Shown here: one piece after another, positions 40,957 through 54,733 of the stretch
How positions within the stretch are numbered: position 1 is the first letter of the stretch
Layout of the letters: the number at the start of each line of letters is the position of its first letter
Assembly (NCBI GenBank): GCA_951406725.2
Contig: OX597826.1
Span: forward strand, 63,302,001-63,366,000
Source of the DNA: Octopus vulgaris
Lineage: Eukaryota
Length of the DNA: 64,000 bases
Direction of reading: 5' to 3'
The notes under the pieces: model-generated
Seen by the model: the letters and a program-made list of their open reading frames with translations, nothing else
Told to the model about the DNA's origin: nothing
The model's database searches: none
Translations under genes and position numbers: made by a program

Positions 40957-42074
40957 GCGGGTGTGCCCCGCGTCACAACTGATATTGGTCTGTTTACGTC
41001 TCTGTGACTTAGCGGTTTGGCAAAGGGCCGATAGAATAAATACTTGACTTAACAAAATATATAGTGAGGTTGATACACACACTCGACAGGCTATCACATA
41101 CTTCTGTCTGTCAAATCCACTCAGAAGGCATTGGTCAGCCCGAAAGTATAGTAAAAAAAAAAACACTAATCCAAGGTGTCATGCATTGAGATTGAACGCG
41201 AAATTACGTGGTTACAAAACGATTTTCTTAGCCACACAGCCAGACTTTGTACGAATGGCCACTATCCTTAGACACCTTTATCAACAATATGGTATCATTG
41301 CTCTACAAGCTAATATATTACAACGCCAACCGAATGAAAGACTACCTTGTGTCAGATATTTTTTAAAACTAGTTGTGAAGTTAAATATATTCCATACAGT
41401 TCAACGTAAGAGCCAATTTCGAAGACGAAAGGTTTGATATAGTTGCTTAGAGCGGAGAAAATAAAATAAAAATTGTAGTCCGTGTCAGAGGTTTAGTGGC
41501 TGTGAACATTTCACTGGCAATTAAGCGAGAAAGAGAGGATTTATGATCAACTGTTTTGAAAAGTACGATGACTATATTAATAATATTTATTACTGTCGAA
41601 CTGTTTTCTGTTTTTCAAGGATCTGAAATCGGAGTACTATTTAGTTGCAGTTCTAGGAAAAATGTCGCATAAAGGGAAATTAAAATGATGATGATGATGG
41701 TGATTTCTTTATTCGCCTCATGGGGGACATCAGGACCGTCTGCGATTCGTGTAAGGATTTGCATAAAAGATGAGGGGAAGAGAAGTAGAAAAGACAATAA
41801 AATGAAATAAAAGTATACATAGTATGCAAAACATGTGCGAACAACATGAATGTTGCAGTCCTCCTAATACAGAAAAATTTCCAGCTAAGGCTGGTCAACA
41901 AACCTCACAGGTTCAGGATTACCTTGAGAACCAAAGCCCATCTATTGTTCTCCAATCTACATGTGCATATTTAGAGCTGGTCCATTCACCCTAACCATTT
42001 TTGCTTCAGTCACCCACCTTTTGCATATTCACTGGGTGAGAGAATTATGTAAACATGTTTTAACAACAGCCTGA

Positions 42075-42738
42075 CAACGGCTGTGTGTTAAGAAGCTTGC
42101 TTCCCAACCACATGGTTCGGGATTCAGTCCCACGGCGTGGCACCTTGGGTAAGTGCCTTCTTCTATAGCCTCGGGCCGACCAAAGCCTTGTGAGTGGATT
42201 TGGTAGACGGAAACTGAAAAAAGCCCGTCGTATATATGTACATAAAGGTAAAGGTGAAGTTACCTTCTTGAGTCTTGCCGACTCATAAGGGCTGGTTTCC
42301 CGGTTTCATGGCGTATGTAGACCCCACCTGGACGGGACGCCGGTATGTCGCAGCATAACTCATTTTTACCTGCTGAGTGAACTGGAGCAATGTGAAATGA
42401 AGAGTTTTGCTCAAGAACACAACGCATCACCCGGTACAGGAATCGAAACCACAATCTTACGATCATGAACGCAACACCCAAATCACTAAGTCACGCGCCT
42501 CCGCTATATATGTATCTATGTGCTTGTGTCCTGGTGCCTGTGCTTGTCTCTCTACCACCACTGTTTGATAACTGGTGTTGGTTGTCATGTAACTTAGCGG
42601 TTCGGCCAAAGAGATGAATACAATAAGCATCAGGTCTTAAAAAATATTAAGTACTGTGGTCGATAGATTCAACAAAAAATCCCTCAAGGTGGTGCCCCAG
42701 AATGGCTGCAGTTTAATGACTGGAACACGCAAAAGATA
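42075..42738 (+). mobile_element. SINE group C interrupted by a nested SINE
   Basis: 5' half at 42075-42240 and 3' half at 42505-42738. Confidence 0.85.
42244..42504 (-). mobile_element. SINE group A2 (CORE-like body, tail gamma) nested in SINE C
   Basis: TATATATGTA on both flanks; tail (TTTACC)n. Confidence 0.85.
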
Positions 42739-42749
42739 TTGCTGCAGCG

Positions 42750-43082
42750 CAAGGTCAGTGTCCTTGATGCGTTATGCCTCGATGACCCTAAGAGCTAAGC
42801 CAGCGGAGCACAAGCTTCTGGTACGGCCTGCCATACTGGACAGGCCAAAGGATAGAGGCCAGACTAATACGGGTCACCTCTTCCTAGAAATAAAAATGTT
42901 TGCGTAGGTCTAACACCCCTGGTAACACCTTTACCGAGTGAAAAGTAAGGTTACAGACGCATCGATGACAATTGAAAACTAACAAGACCTGGGAGGAAAA
43001 CAAGCCCAGAGTCGAAAACACTGGAGAAAAGGAGTCGTAGGTCAATGCTTCATAGGAAGCAAAGGGCGTATGTAAAGTAAGT
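42750..43082 (+). mobile_element. short RTE-derived element, second copy
   Basis: Homologous to 15200-15590. Confidence 0.55.
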
Positions 43083-44039
43083 ATATACTACTGTTATCAC
43101 TCTGAATTAACATCTAGAATATTCCTTCAGTACAAATAATAAAGAAATTATACGACGTAAGCCAAACACCCATTGGATAACAAAACTAGAAGACTACCAA
43201 TAACTAATCTTCAATGACGGCTGTTACCAGCATCTCGGTATCGTTGAGAATGCTGCAATTTTTGGTTCTGTAACTAAAATCAAAGTGACAATGGGATTCT
43301 TCTGCAGACTTCGTCGGTGGCCCAGTTAATGGAGTATATTTATGACTAGTGGTTCTCATCCAGAGCTCATATGACCCCTGAGAGTCCGTATAATATTTTG
43401 AAGGGATCCACACCAGCAAAATAGTAAATCGTGGCTATACAGTAGTATTTTAAGTGTCCATGTCTTGATGTACCTTTTGCAAGAGACAGCAAGATATAGT
43501 TCAACCTACACAGATTAATGTGTGAATAACAAAATAGAAATTCTGGAAGAAGCATCTATAAAACTAGTTTTTATACATCTAATGGTTAGGGGGCTGTCAG
43601 AATAAAATAGTAATTAAAGGGTCCCATAAATGAAAAATGGTACAGAACCACTGATTTAGGCGTTCTCGCGTGTTTGTCGAGTATGTCTTTGGGTGAAGTA
43701 AACAGCAGCATTGTGTCCGATGTGGGAAACAGGCTTTCGTCTTGGTCTACACGTAGGTTTCCTAACGGTTGGTTCGGCTTGAAAAATCTGTCTTGCAATC
43801 CTTTCCTACGGCATTCTAATCAAATGTCTGTGATATCGAAGCTGTAACCGCTCACTGCGGAGAAGTAGCAGCTCAACCTAGAAAGGCACCCTAATCCCCG
43901 AGCTATGCACCCTGTTGGTTCTGGACTCATCTGAACTTTGTTGAGGGTTAGCAGTTGTCGATGTATGCTTAACCTAAGATTTGTAGTAGTTGTTGCAACT
44001 CTGCTGTTTTCGGTGCCATGTGTTTATATGCATTTAATC

Positions 44040-44318
44040 TTTTCTTTTATCTTTTACTTGTTTCAGTCATTGGACTGTGGTCATGCTGGTGCGCCACCTT
44101 GAGGAATTTTTAGTCGAATGAATCGACTCAGTACTTATTATTTTTTAATCCTGGTACTCATTTTATACGTCTCTTTACCGAACAACTAAGTTATTGCGTT
44201 GTCAAGGAGTAGAGGGGGACAAACACAGACACCAAGACACAAAGAACGCACACAGAATACGATGGGATTCTTTCAGTTTCCGTGTGCCAAATCCACCCAC
44301 AAAGCTATGGTCGGCCAC
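44040..44318 (-). mobile_element. SINE group C, partial
   Basis: Reverse tail and body. Confidence 0.78.
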
Positions 44319-44426
44319 CTTTTGCTCTTTCAGTTTTCTTTTGTTTGTTCTTATTAAGAAAGAACCGGTTTCTAAGAAATAAAACGTCATCATCAGAATT
44401 TAGATAACAAGAAAATTACATCTTCA

Positions 44427-45260
44427 TCTCTCTATATATAAACGGCAGTTTGTGTGTCTGTGTGTCTGTCAGGTTGTACCCTCACCCTGACCACGGCTTT
44501 CAACCGATTCTGATGAAACTTGACACACACATAGCCCAATGTCATAATTCAAAACTAACGCAGCGAAAATTTTGAAAAGTTGCCCCAGTTCTGAAAACAA
44601 TCGATAAATTCGACATGGGGTCGAGAATCTAAGCTTATCATATGCAACACATTTTCCGTTGTAGTTTTCGCAACTTGCAATCGATTTTCACCAAACTCAT
44701 GGTGAAGCTTAATGTTACCCTAAGGAACTTAATTCTGGAGTTAGTTTTCCATGCAATACCTTACCATTAGAAAAATCGATAAAATCATGCCATTTTGGGA
44801 AATCGCGTTCAAATTCACGATGACATATTTTCGACAATAGCTTTAACAAATTGGCAGGAATTTTTTTTTTAATTCACAGCGAGCATCATGTCTGCTCCAA
44901 GGAGCTATATGACCCTTCTGATTCCAATAGGATACGTTATTACTGGAAAAAATCGGTTAATTACATCATATGTGGCACACATAGCAAACCGATTTTTCTG
45001 CGATATTTTTTGAAAGTTCACATAGATTTTCCCTACACCGATATTGTACATCAAGTTTGCATTAAATGTCAAACTAACGACCTTTTGTCAATGCAGTTAA
45101 CAAGTATTGGGAGAAATCAACAAAACCATATCACTTTGACACCGACCATGATTTTACAAAATAACGGTTCAATGAGTACAAAAAAGGGTAAAAAGGTAAA
45201 GGGTATTGCTTATCGACAAAGTTTCTTACATACCCGGGCAAAGTCGGGCTATGCTCCTAG
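44427..45260 (+). mobile_element. non-autonomous Helitron
   Basis: A|TC start; first ~200 bp nearly identical to the 36992 copy; hairpin CCCG-GGCAAAGT-CGGG; CTAG|T end. Confidence 0.88.
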
Positions 45261-45344
45261 TCTTGAATTAAAAAGAAAAGGTTCTGCATATTTTATTTTC
45301 AGTGTTTTCCTTATAAACTGAATTTTCAGAATGCAACTTCTAGA

Positions 45345-46047
45345 ATCGATAAGGTACGTAGCTTGGGGATCAGTGTGATTGTCGCATTGACCATGACAGA
45401 GAAAGTTGTCATGGCGAGGCCTACGCAAAATTGCGGAAAGTGTATGGAGAGGAGTGTTTGAGCCGCATACAAGTGTACGAGTGGTTCAGACGTTTCCAAT
45501 TTGGCCGAAAAAATGTCGATAGTGACGAACATTCTGGGATGTGCAAGCAACTGTGAGGGGAAATCGTCGAATCACTATCCGTTAGTTATCAGAGCATGTG
45601 CAGATTAGTTACAGTTCAGTTCAGTCCATTATCACTGAAGATTTGGGTATGAGACGCGTGTCTCATACCAAGTATGTATCAAAGCTGCATCCAGCTGACC
45701 AAAAAGACGCTCGGATTTCAGTTGCACAAGATCTCCTTTGATTGTGCTGAGAACGATAAAAACACTTTGAAAGCTTTACGAAGGCCTTTGAGCAGATATC
45801 GCCAAGCTTTTGGCAAAATTTGATGCAGATTCTCTGCTCAACTTTATCTATCATGGTCAATGCGACGATTATACGCTACACACTTTCCTTCCAAGCACTT
45901 CTGTAAACAGCGGAAGTGACATAGAATGTTAGAACTTAGTGTGCATGCACAGCAGAGTTCAAGGTCAATCTATGCCAAATGGCTTTACTCTGCGTGCTTT
46001 AGCTTCGTTACTATGGCAACAGTCCGGATATTTATTGATCAGACCCA
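45345..46047. mobile_element. mariner derivative with inverted 5' ends
   Basis: Plus strand: KLRKVYGEECLSRIQVYEWFRRF. Minus strand: TIR plus MIDKVEQRICIKFCQKLG. GTCGCATTGACCATGA occurs in both orientations (~45380 and ~45866). Confidence 0.78.
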
Positions 46048-46181
46048 TACATCAATAACTGGGTATACACGTGTTCAGTTTTATAATGAAATACTCACAT
46101 CAGCTGAAAGCTAACCTCCGCAACAATACATAATATTTTGTTTCGTTTGTGTTTTTTTTTCCTGTCAAATATAACTATATT

Positions 46182-46578
46182 CTTTTTTACTTTAGGCACA
46201 AGGCCCGAAAACTTTGGGGAGGGGTCCAGTCGATTAGATCGACCTCTGTTCGCAACTGGTACGTAATTTATCGACCCTGAAAGGATGAAAAGCAAAGTCG
46301 ACCTCGGCGAAATTTGAACTCGGAACGTAAAGACAGACAAAATAACTATTTCTTTACTACCCACAAGGGGCTAAACACAGAGAGGACAAACAAGGACAGA
46401 CAAAGGGATTAAGTCGATTACATCGACCCCAATGCGTAACTGGTACTTAATTTATCGACTCCGAAAGGATGAAAGGCAAAGTCGACCTCGGCGGAATTTG
46501 AACTCAGAACGTAACGGCAGACGAAATATGGCTTCGCATTTCACCCGGCGTGCTAACGTTTCTGCCAGCTCGCCGCCT
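46182..46578 (-). mobile_element. SINE B dimer (tail-2 unit plus headless tail-1-like unit)
   Basis: A 17-bp TSD TCAAATATAACTATATT flanks the whole dimer; junction near 46346. Confidence 0.9.
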
Positions 46579-47579
46579 TCAAATATAACTATATTAGGTC
46601 TGTTATGTTTGCATTTAGCAAAAAATATTTTGGTAAAAATGCTATGTCACACACACACACACACACACACTCACACACACACACACACAACACACACCAC
46701 ATACACACACACGACGGACCTTCCAACAGTTTTTTTTTTTAATCTACCAAGCTTACTCACAAGTCACTGACTGGCCCGAGGATTAACACGGAGATTAGCA
46801 CATGGATTGGCCTGGAGGTTAGCCGAGGTGTTGGCTCGAGGTTTGGCCTGGGGCTATAGAAAAAAAACATCCTGCCCAATGTGCCGTATAATAGAACTAA
46901 ACCCTAAACTACCCGATTGCAAAGCAAGCTTCTTAACCACGTAGCCATGCCTATGCCTATTGCCTTGCAACCTGCAACCTGTCACATAGCAAATTTTTTG
47001 TTCTGCTTCGACACAAACAACAACCAAATCATTTTTGTTGCGTTAGCTTTTAGTAAAAATATTTTTTTATAAAAAGGTTTTGTCACGTATACACACACAC
47101 AAAGAGACCCACACGTATATTTAGGCGCGTTGAGCTTTTATATTTGTATTTGTGAGAAATCTGATCGGAACAAGAGGAGAACGGGTACTAAGATTTATGA
47201 GAGTCACCAGGACTTGAAATAATTGAACTGGCGTTTTTGCAACTGATACTTTGTGCAAACTGCGGGAGCAGCCAGCCTGCATGTCATTTTAAATTTTAAT
47301 GTATCTCCATGCACTGCACAACGTAGGAATTTTTTAAAAATATATATTAAGGGCTGAGTAATCTCCTACACACACACACACGCGCACACACACATATAAA
47401 TATATATATGTACAAATATGCACACACATACATCGATACATACATATATATACTCATACATATATATATGTATGTATCGATGTATGTGTGTGCATATTTG
47501 TACATATATATATTTATATATACTCATACATATATGCATACAAACATACCTACATACTCACACATGCACACATGCACAC

Positions 47580-47967
47580 ATACATACATACACACATACA
47601 TACACACATACATACATATACATACATACATACATACATACATACATACATACATACACACACACACATACATACATACATACATACATACATACATACA
47701 TACATACATACATACATACATACATACATACATACATACATACATACATACATACATACACACACACATACATACATACATACATACATACATACATACA
47801 TACATACATACATACATACATACATACATACATACATACATACATACATACATACACACATACATACATACATACATACATACATACATACATACATACA
47901 CACACATACATACATACATACATACATACATACATACATACATACATACACACACACATACATACAT
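47580..47967. repeat. (TACA)n microsatellite
   Basis: Directly visible. Confidence 0.96.
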
Positions 47968-48385
47968 TCGTATAAACGCACAATACTCGTCTCACGCTAC
48001 CCGGTTAAGAGTTTCCTCCACCTGTTTTTTGGCTGTAGTAAACTTAGTACACTTTGTTTGCAAATGATTGAGCGGAGCCCGCGGAGGCCGAGCCCTCTTT
48101 TCACCCGTCACTAATCTCAGAGGGGTAGCCTAAATCAAAGGCACTACTTTCATATTTAAGCATAGGTTAGTGGTTCTTAAACTGGGGTCCGCGGCGGTGC
48201 CCTAGGGGACCGCGAAGCGATTTTAAGGAGACAGCAAAGGGACGCTGAAGCATCGTGAAAACGGGTGGCTTGAGACAGATAAGTTTTTTAATTTCCAGAG
48301 ACTTTTGCATGCTATCATCCTTTTTTTGTCGCTGACCTCAAAAACCCACGCCACTCCTACACGCTTATTTGCTAATCACACTAGT

Positions 48386-48770
48386 GTGGAGGCGCAATGG
48401 CCCAGTGGTTAGGGCAGCAGACTCGCGGTCGTAGGATCGCGGTTTCGATTCCCAGACCGGGCGTTGTGAGTGTTTATTGAGCGAAAACACCTAAAAGCTC
48501 CACGAGGCTCCGGCAGGGATGGTGGTGTTCCCTGCTGTACTCTTTCACCACAACTTTCTCTCACTCTTTCTTCCTGTTTCTGTTGTACCTGTATTTCAAA
48601 GGGCCGGCCTTGTCACTCTCTGTGTCACGCTGAATATCCCCGAGAACTACGTCAAGGGTACACGTGTCTGTGGAGTGCTCAGCCACTTACACGTTAATTT
48701 CACGAGCAGGCTGTTCCGTTGATTCGGATCAACCGGAACCCTCATCGTCGTAACCGACTGAGTGCTTCTT
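48386..48770 (+). mobile_element. SINE group A (tail beta) nested in the hAT
   Basis: Well-preserved head and body; imperfect TSD AATC(A/G)CACT. Confidence 0.88.
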
Positions 48771-49229
48771 CAATCGCACTTGTACAAGTGTGATTGGCTG
48801 ATGGAAAATATGCGGATGTAACGGTTGATCGTGCATGTTCTGTCGGTATTCTATGCTCATATGATTCACCACTCCACTATTGCAAACCACATGTTGCATG
48901 TTTCATGCAGTTGTTATCCACATGTTCCCGCATGTATCTGCATGACCTTGCCCTTTGCCAGACACCCATTCTCATCCTGCGCTGTGGTTGGACTTTATAA
49001 GGCATGGTTGATTTCATGGCAATGTGTTCCAACAGAACTGTCTTCTCATAGGTTATCAATTCACAGAGGTTTACCAACAGACCAAACTACGCTCACATAT
49101 TGTTAATTAGTGAACCCAAAATCTAGCTGCACTAAGGCATATATACATACCCTTAGTATGTGATAAATTCGAAATAACTATACAATGTAGTTATATTAAA
49201 TTGGTTTACTTAATTTTTTTCGTCTTATA

Positions 49230-49628
49230 ATGCCTCCAAAAAGGAAAATGAGATATGACGAATCGTATTTGAAATTCGGTTTTACTGTGATAAAGTCTGG
49301 CGGATAAGGAAACCTCTGAGGTTTTGTCATCTACTTCTCTAAAGTCCAGCGAATTAAAAGAGGTACTTCGAAATGAAGTATCCCAGTTCAAAAAATAGAG
49401 ATGTTGACTTCTTCAGACGCGATGCCGACATATTGACGAAATCCAGACTTGATGACGCAGGAATGTTTTCGCTGGACATTCCGGCTGGATTGAAAGCATC
49501 CTGCGAGGTTTCAGGGAAAATAACTGTTGCCAAAAATCCTCACAATATCGGTGAAGAGTTGATATCGTCTTGCTGCAAAGATATCATGTCGAATGTGCTA
49601 GGTAGTTCTGAACTTTAGAAGCTGAAGC

Positions 49629-49688
<60 letters not shown>

Positions 49689-50969
49689 CAGTACTGTTAG
49701 CAGGCAAATAACTGAACTGTCTGATAACATTATGTCGCAGTTGATCTTTAAAATTCACAATTCACTTCTGAATTTTTTCACGATCCAGCTTGATGAAACT
49801 TCGGATGTTTCCAACTTTGCGTCAATGTACGTTATATACATAACAATTACCTGGAGGATGAATTCCTGTATTGCGAAACCCTCAGCACCAAAACAACTGC
49901 AAGGGAAATATTTAACAAAGTGGACAAATTTTTTGAGGCACATAATATCAACTGGGAGTATGTCATTGCTGTGTGCACCGACGGTGCTCCGGAGATGCTT
50001 GGCTGCCGTTTCGGTTTTCAGACTTTGGTGAAAGAAAAATCCCCGACTGCTATTAATACACACTGCACAATTTATCGACAAGCACTAAAGGTGCATAACA
50101 TACCTGATACGTTTTTTAAAATGTTCTGAATTACGTGATTGCAACTGTGAACTTCATCAAAGCGAACGCACTCAAATCTCGACTGTTTGCCGAGTTGTGC
50201 AAAGAAAGTGATCTGAATTCGAAACACTCGAAAGTCATCTCACTTGTGAGATGGCTTTCGAAAGGAAAAACAATAAAGAGGGTCTTCCTTCAACGAAAAG
50301 GAGTTCACGACTTTTTACAAGATACCAAACCAGATTTGCACGCCATATTCTCCAATGTTCGTTTTCTTAACTGCTTCGCATTTTTGCTAGTCATATTCAT
50401 GTCAATCTTTCACTGCAAGGGAAATATATAACCATGTTTCATTCGCATGAAAAACTAACTACTTTCAAAATGAAGCTTGAACTTTGGCACCCAAAGTTGG
50501 ATAGAAAGAACTTTGCATTATTTCCTCAACTAAACGTGTTTATTGATAAAAACAAGCTTCAAGTCGATAACGTTATCGTTGACCTCGTGAAACAACAGGT
50601 GCCAATACTTGGCAGATAAATATTCCCTTTATTTTCTTGATCTTCATGACTTTGATGAATACTTCCGCTTTATCAGGAACCCCTTTGAACTGTCTGTTAC
50701 CTATAGGAGCTGAATTTTTTTTCCCCGTGAAATATGCTGTTCTGACTTGGATTGAAATGGCACGGTCATATCCTGATGTCGAAAAGATGACTACTAAAGC
50801 ACTGATTCCATTTCCAACTACCTATGAGTGTAAGACAGCGTTTTCCACTTTCCTTGCCATCAAAACAAAGTCACGAAATCGAGTGGGTGTCACACCAGAA
50901 ATGAGGGTTGCCTTCTCCAAAACAGAGCCGAACACGGAAGAGCTGGTTACTGTGCTGCAAATAAAATGA
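49230..50969 (+). pseudogene. Buster-type hAT transposase pseudogene
   Basis: YDESYLKFGF, KNPHNIGEELI, IQLDETSD, VCTDGAP, HCTIYRQAL, VRWLSKG, PFPTTYECKTAFS; many stops and frameshifts. Confidence 0.92.
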
Positions 50970-51267
50970 CTGCTTTTGTGAATAAATAATTTCATATATA
51001 TTGATTGATTCCAGTTCCAGCCTGTGAGCTGTGGCCATGCTGGGGCACCGCCATTTAAAATGATCCTTCCGCAGGATATATTTATAAAAATGTATAAGTA
51101 TAAATTAATAATTTAAAATTTTTAAAAATTTTAACTTTAAATTTAAATAATTTAAATTTTGAATTTTATATTTTATATATTTTGTATATTATATTAATTA
51201 ATTTATTTCTATGTTTTGGTTTATGTTTTTCACTGTTTGATTTGCCTAATAGTGGTTTTATCTCTAA

Positions 51268-51316
<49 letters not shown>

Positions 51317-51548
51317 TATTTATTCACAAAAGCAGTCATTTTATTTGCAGCACAGTAACCAGCTCTTCCGTGTTCGGCTCTGTTTTGGAGAAGGCAACCC
51401 TCATTTCTGGTGTGACACCCACTCGATTTCGTGACTTTGTTTTGAAAGGTAGTTGGAAATGGAATCAGTGCTTTAGTAGTCATCTTTTCGACATCAAGAT
51501 ATGACCGTGCCATTTCAATCCAAGTCAGAACAGCATATTTCACGGAAA

Positions 51549-51598
<50 letters not shown>

Positions 51599-51720
51599 AT
51601 TATTATTTTTATTAATAGTGGTTTTATCTCTAATCTAATATATATATATATTTATACTATAAAATTAGATTTAATCCTAAATCTAATTTTTCCCTGTAAG
51701 TTTGGATTTACTCCCTAATA

Positions 51721-51770
<50 letters not shown>

Positions 51771-51849
51771 CATGTTATGTATCTGGGATTCCGGAAAAGG
51801 GATGGCAAACTTTCAAGAGAGGAAGAGAAGACGGTGTTTCTACTAAAAT

Positions 51850-52200
51850 CGTGGCTTTTCGTGCATACTAGTGGTCCAAATGACATAAAATTCTGTACAT
51901 TTTGGGATGCTATTAAAATTCTTCCGCTGAAAATAGGTAAATTGGCTGAAATGCACCTCTTGGATAATCAATAAGAGGAATGACCTGAAAAACATGGTGA
52001 AATGGGAAGGTGGTGCCAAATGTTCGAGAACCACTGTCATGTACGTACGTATATCGTAGTTTTCGGTGTATGACCCGCGGTTTCTGTCTGCTAAATGGGC
52101 AAAAATAGGTCTTACACATTTGTTAATACAGGATACTCGGGATATTTTCGGACTGTTCTCGTTTCTCATTTGTTTTGTAACCAACTGATTCCCCATATTT
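51850..52200 (-). pseudogene. possible Kolobok/Mutator-like transposase fragment
   Basis: VRPIFAHLA..GSYTEN..VLEHLAP resembles the remembered motif IKPIF.DLS..G.TQN..VW.LAPK; tentative. Confidence 0.35.
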
Positions 52201-52417
52201 TCATATGCACTTATTGTATCCTAGTGGGTTATTACGTGGATTAAGTTGCAGTTATCAGGATTGCGGATCTATGGGCAGAGCGGTTCATAGTCCGGAATGT
52301 ATGTCATTTTTTCCATGCTAATTTTCCTGCATTTTACTGAGGACCGCAAATCATAAAAAAAACTGTAAAGGGACCGGCACTTAAAATTTTTTGAAAAGTT
52401 TGAGAATCACTGGCATA

Positions 52418-52810
52418 GGCGCAAGGATGCTTATGTGGTTAATAAGGTTGCATTGCAACCATGTGGTTTCGGGTTCAATCCCTTCACTCATCACTTTGGG
52501 TATGTAACTTTTACTATAGCCACGCACCGACCAATGCTTTTTGAGTGAATCTGGTAGAAAGACCATCGTGTGTGTGGGTGTGGGTGTGGGGGGTGTGCGC
52601 GCGCTTGTGTCTTTGTGTTTGTCTCCACCTCCACCACCGCTTGACAACTGGTGCTGGTTTGTTTGGTCTCGTAACCTTGCGGTTCAGCAAAAGATATCGA
52701 TAGAAATAAATACCACACTTCAAAAAATTAAAAGAGCTGAGGTTGGTTTGTTCAGCTAAACCCTTCAAAGCAGTGCTGCCGCATGACTGCAGTCCAAAGA
52801 CTGAAATAAA
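52418..52810 (+). mobile_element. SINE group C, diverged
   Basis: Its head begins within the right TSD of the hAT. Confidence 0.78.
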
Positions 52811-52818
52811 TAGATGAA

Positions 52819-52857
<39 letters not shown>

Positions 52858-53190
52858 GTAAATAAAAAATAAATAAATAAATAAATAAATAAATATAGAA
52901 AAGCAAGCAAAATACAAAGAACAAGTGAACACACTTACACACACACACACACACACTTATACACACGCATATATATATTCACACATATACACACATATAT
53001 TTACATGGTGTTATGATATAGATATGTGGAAAGAAGGTCAGAGGTAAACATTAAATAAGTATGATAAAATAAACAAAGCAAGCAAATATATGGCGTTAAG
53101 AGTTATATAAATCAACGTGGTGTGACACAGATGTTTTTATATTCCCCTTTTTTCTTGACGTATTTTCGATTTATACATTTCACCATGCTG

Positions 53191-53258
<68 letters not shown>

Positions 53259-53426
53259 CTTCTCTGTTTCTCCTTAATTTTAGAGTAAACTTTGACCGGT
53301 CACCTGCTTGGTAGTAAACTTGCAAAAAAAAAAAAAGACATCTTGTTTTATTCATCATCCTTTAAATCTTAAGAAGGTCTTGTACATTTTTATAGTCCCA
53401 GATATCGTGATCATTTGTCGCATACT

Positions 53427-53933
53427 GTGGAGGCGCAATGGCCCTGTAGTTAGGGCAGCAGACTCGCGGTCGTAGGATCGCGGTTTCGATTCCCAGACCG
53501 GGCATTGTGAGTGTTTATTGAGCGAAAATACCTAAAGTTCCACGAGGCTCCGGCAGGGTGGGGGTGAACGCCGCTGTACTCTTTCACCACAACTTCCTCT
53601 CACTCTTTCTTGCTGTTTCTGTTGTACCTGCATTTCAAAGGGCCAGCCTTGTCACACTCTGTGTCACGCTGATTCTCCCCGAGAACTACGTTAAGGGTAC
53701 ACGTGTCTGTGGAGTGTTCAGCCACTTGCACGTTAATAAATGAGCTGCGATGTCACTGGTGCCAAGCTATATCGCCCTTTGCCCTTCCCTTGGATAACAT
53801 CGGTGGGTTGGAGAGTGGAGGCCAGTATGCATGGGCGACTGCTGGTCTTCCATAAACAACCTTGCTCGGACTTGTGCTTCGGAGGGTAACTTTCTAGGTG
53901 CAATCCCATGGTCATTCATGACCGAAGGGATCA
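53427..53933 (+). mobile_element. SINE group A (truncated tail beta plus tail delta)
   Basis: Matches the 48386 copy up to 53737, then switches to an unrelated tail. Confidence 0.85.
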
Positions 53934-53944
53934 CAATGTAGTAT

Positions 53945-54167
53945 ACTCTCTTTACTCTTTTACTTATTTCAGTCATTTGACTGCGGCCATGCTGGAGCAC
54001 CGCCTTTAGTCGAGCAAATTGACACCAGGACTTATTCTTTGTAAGCCTAGTACTTATTCTATCGGTCTTTTTTGCCGAACCGCTAAGTTACGGGGACGTA
54101 AACACACCAGCATCGGTTGTCAAGCGATGTTGGAGGGGGGGGGACAAACACAGACATACAAACATAT

Positions 54168-54236
<69 letters not shown>

Positions 54237-54390
54237 ACATATATACGACGGGCTTCTTTCAGTTTCCGTCTACCAAATCCACTCACAAGGCTTTGGTCGG
54301 TCCGAGGCTATAGTAGAAGACACTTGCCCAAGGTTCCACGCAGTGGGACTGAACCCGGAACCATATTGTTCGTAAGCACAGTCACTCCTA
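53945..54390 (-). mobile_element. SINE group C
   Basis: Full-length reverse copy. Confidence 0.9.
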
Positions 54391-54702
54391 CGATATGCAT
54401 TCTCTCCCCAAGATCCAAAGTTCAAGCATACGTTGCTCCAGACGCGTTGATATGTACCCTGTTTCTCCAATAATAATTGGTATGAAGCTGGAAGTGTATC
54501 TTGGACAGTGGATTTGCAAACTCCTTATCAATGGTCCATAGATGTCCACTTTCTCTTATATTTTTCTAATCACATTCGTGTCCAGAGAGCAGCTGATTTC
54601 CACAACAGAACATATATTTTCTTTGAGGCCCCACACAACGATATATGGCCAGTTGTGTTCTAATAATATTCTTTTGACCCATCGATCTCAATATTATGTA
54701 TG

Positions 54703-54733
<31 letters not shown>

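Larger units (their letters stand above)
48168..52412 (+). mobile_element. full-span decayed hAT (Buster/Charlie-type) transposon
   Basis: TIRs TAGTGGTTCTTAAACT and AGTTTGAGAATCACTG; 8-bp TSD GCATAGGT/GCATAGGC; transposase relic inside. Confidence 0.9.

Noticed and set aside
43130-44030. Possible L1/Tx1 3' relic or host exon, minus strand
   Set aside because: Only vague motif echoes across broken frames; cannot be assigned without a search.
44851-45321. 156-aa ORF
   Set aside because: It lies in the non-coding Helitron body, crosses its 3' boundary and has no recognisable domain.
49230-50969. Domesticated ZBED5/SCAND3/FAM200-like gene
   Set aside because: Multiple stops and frameshifts, with TIRs and TSD retained, indicate a dead transposon.
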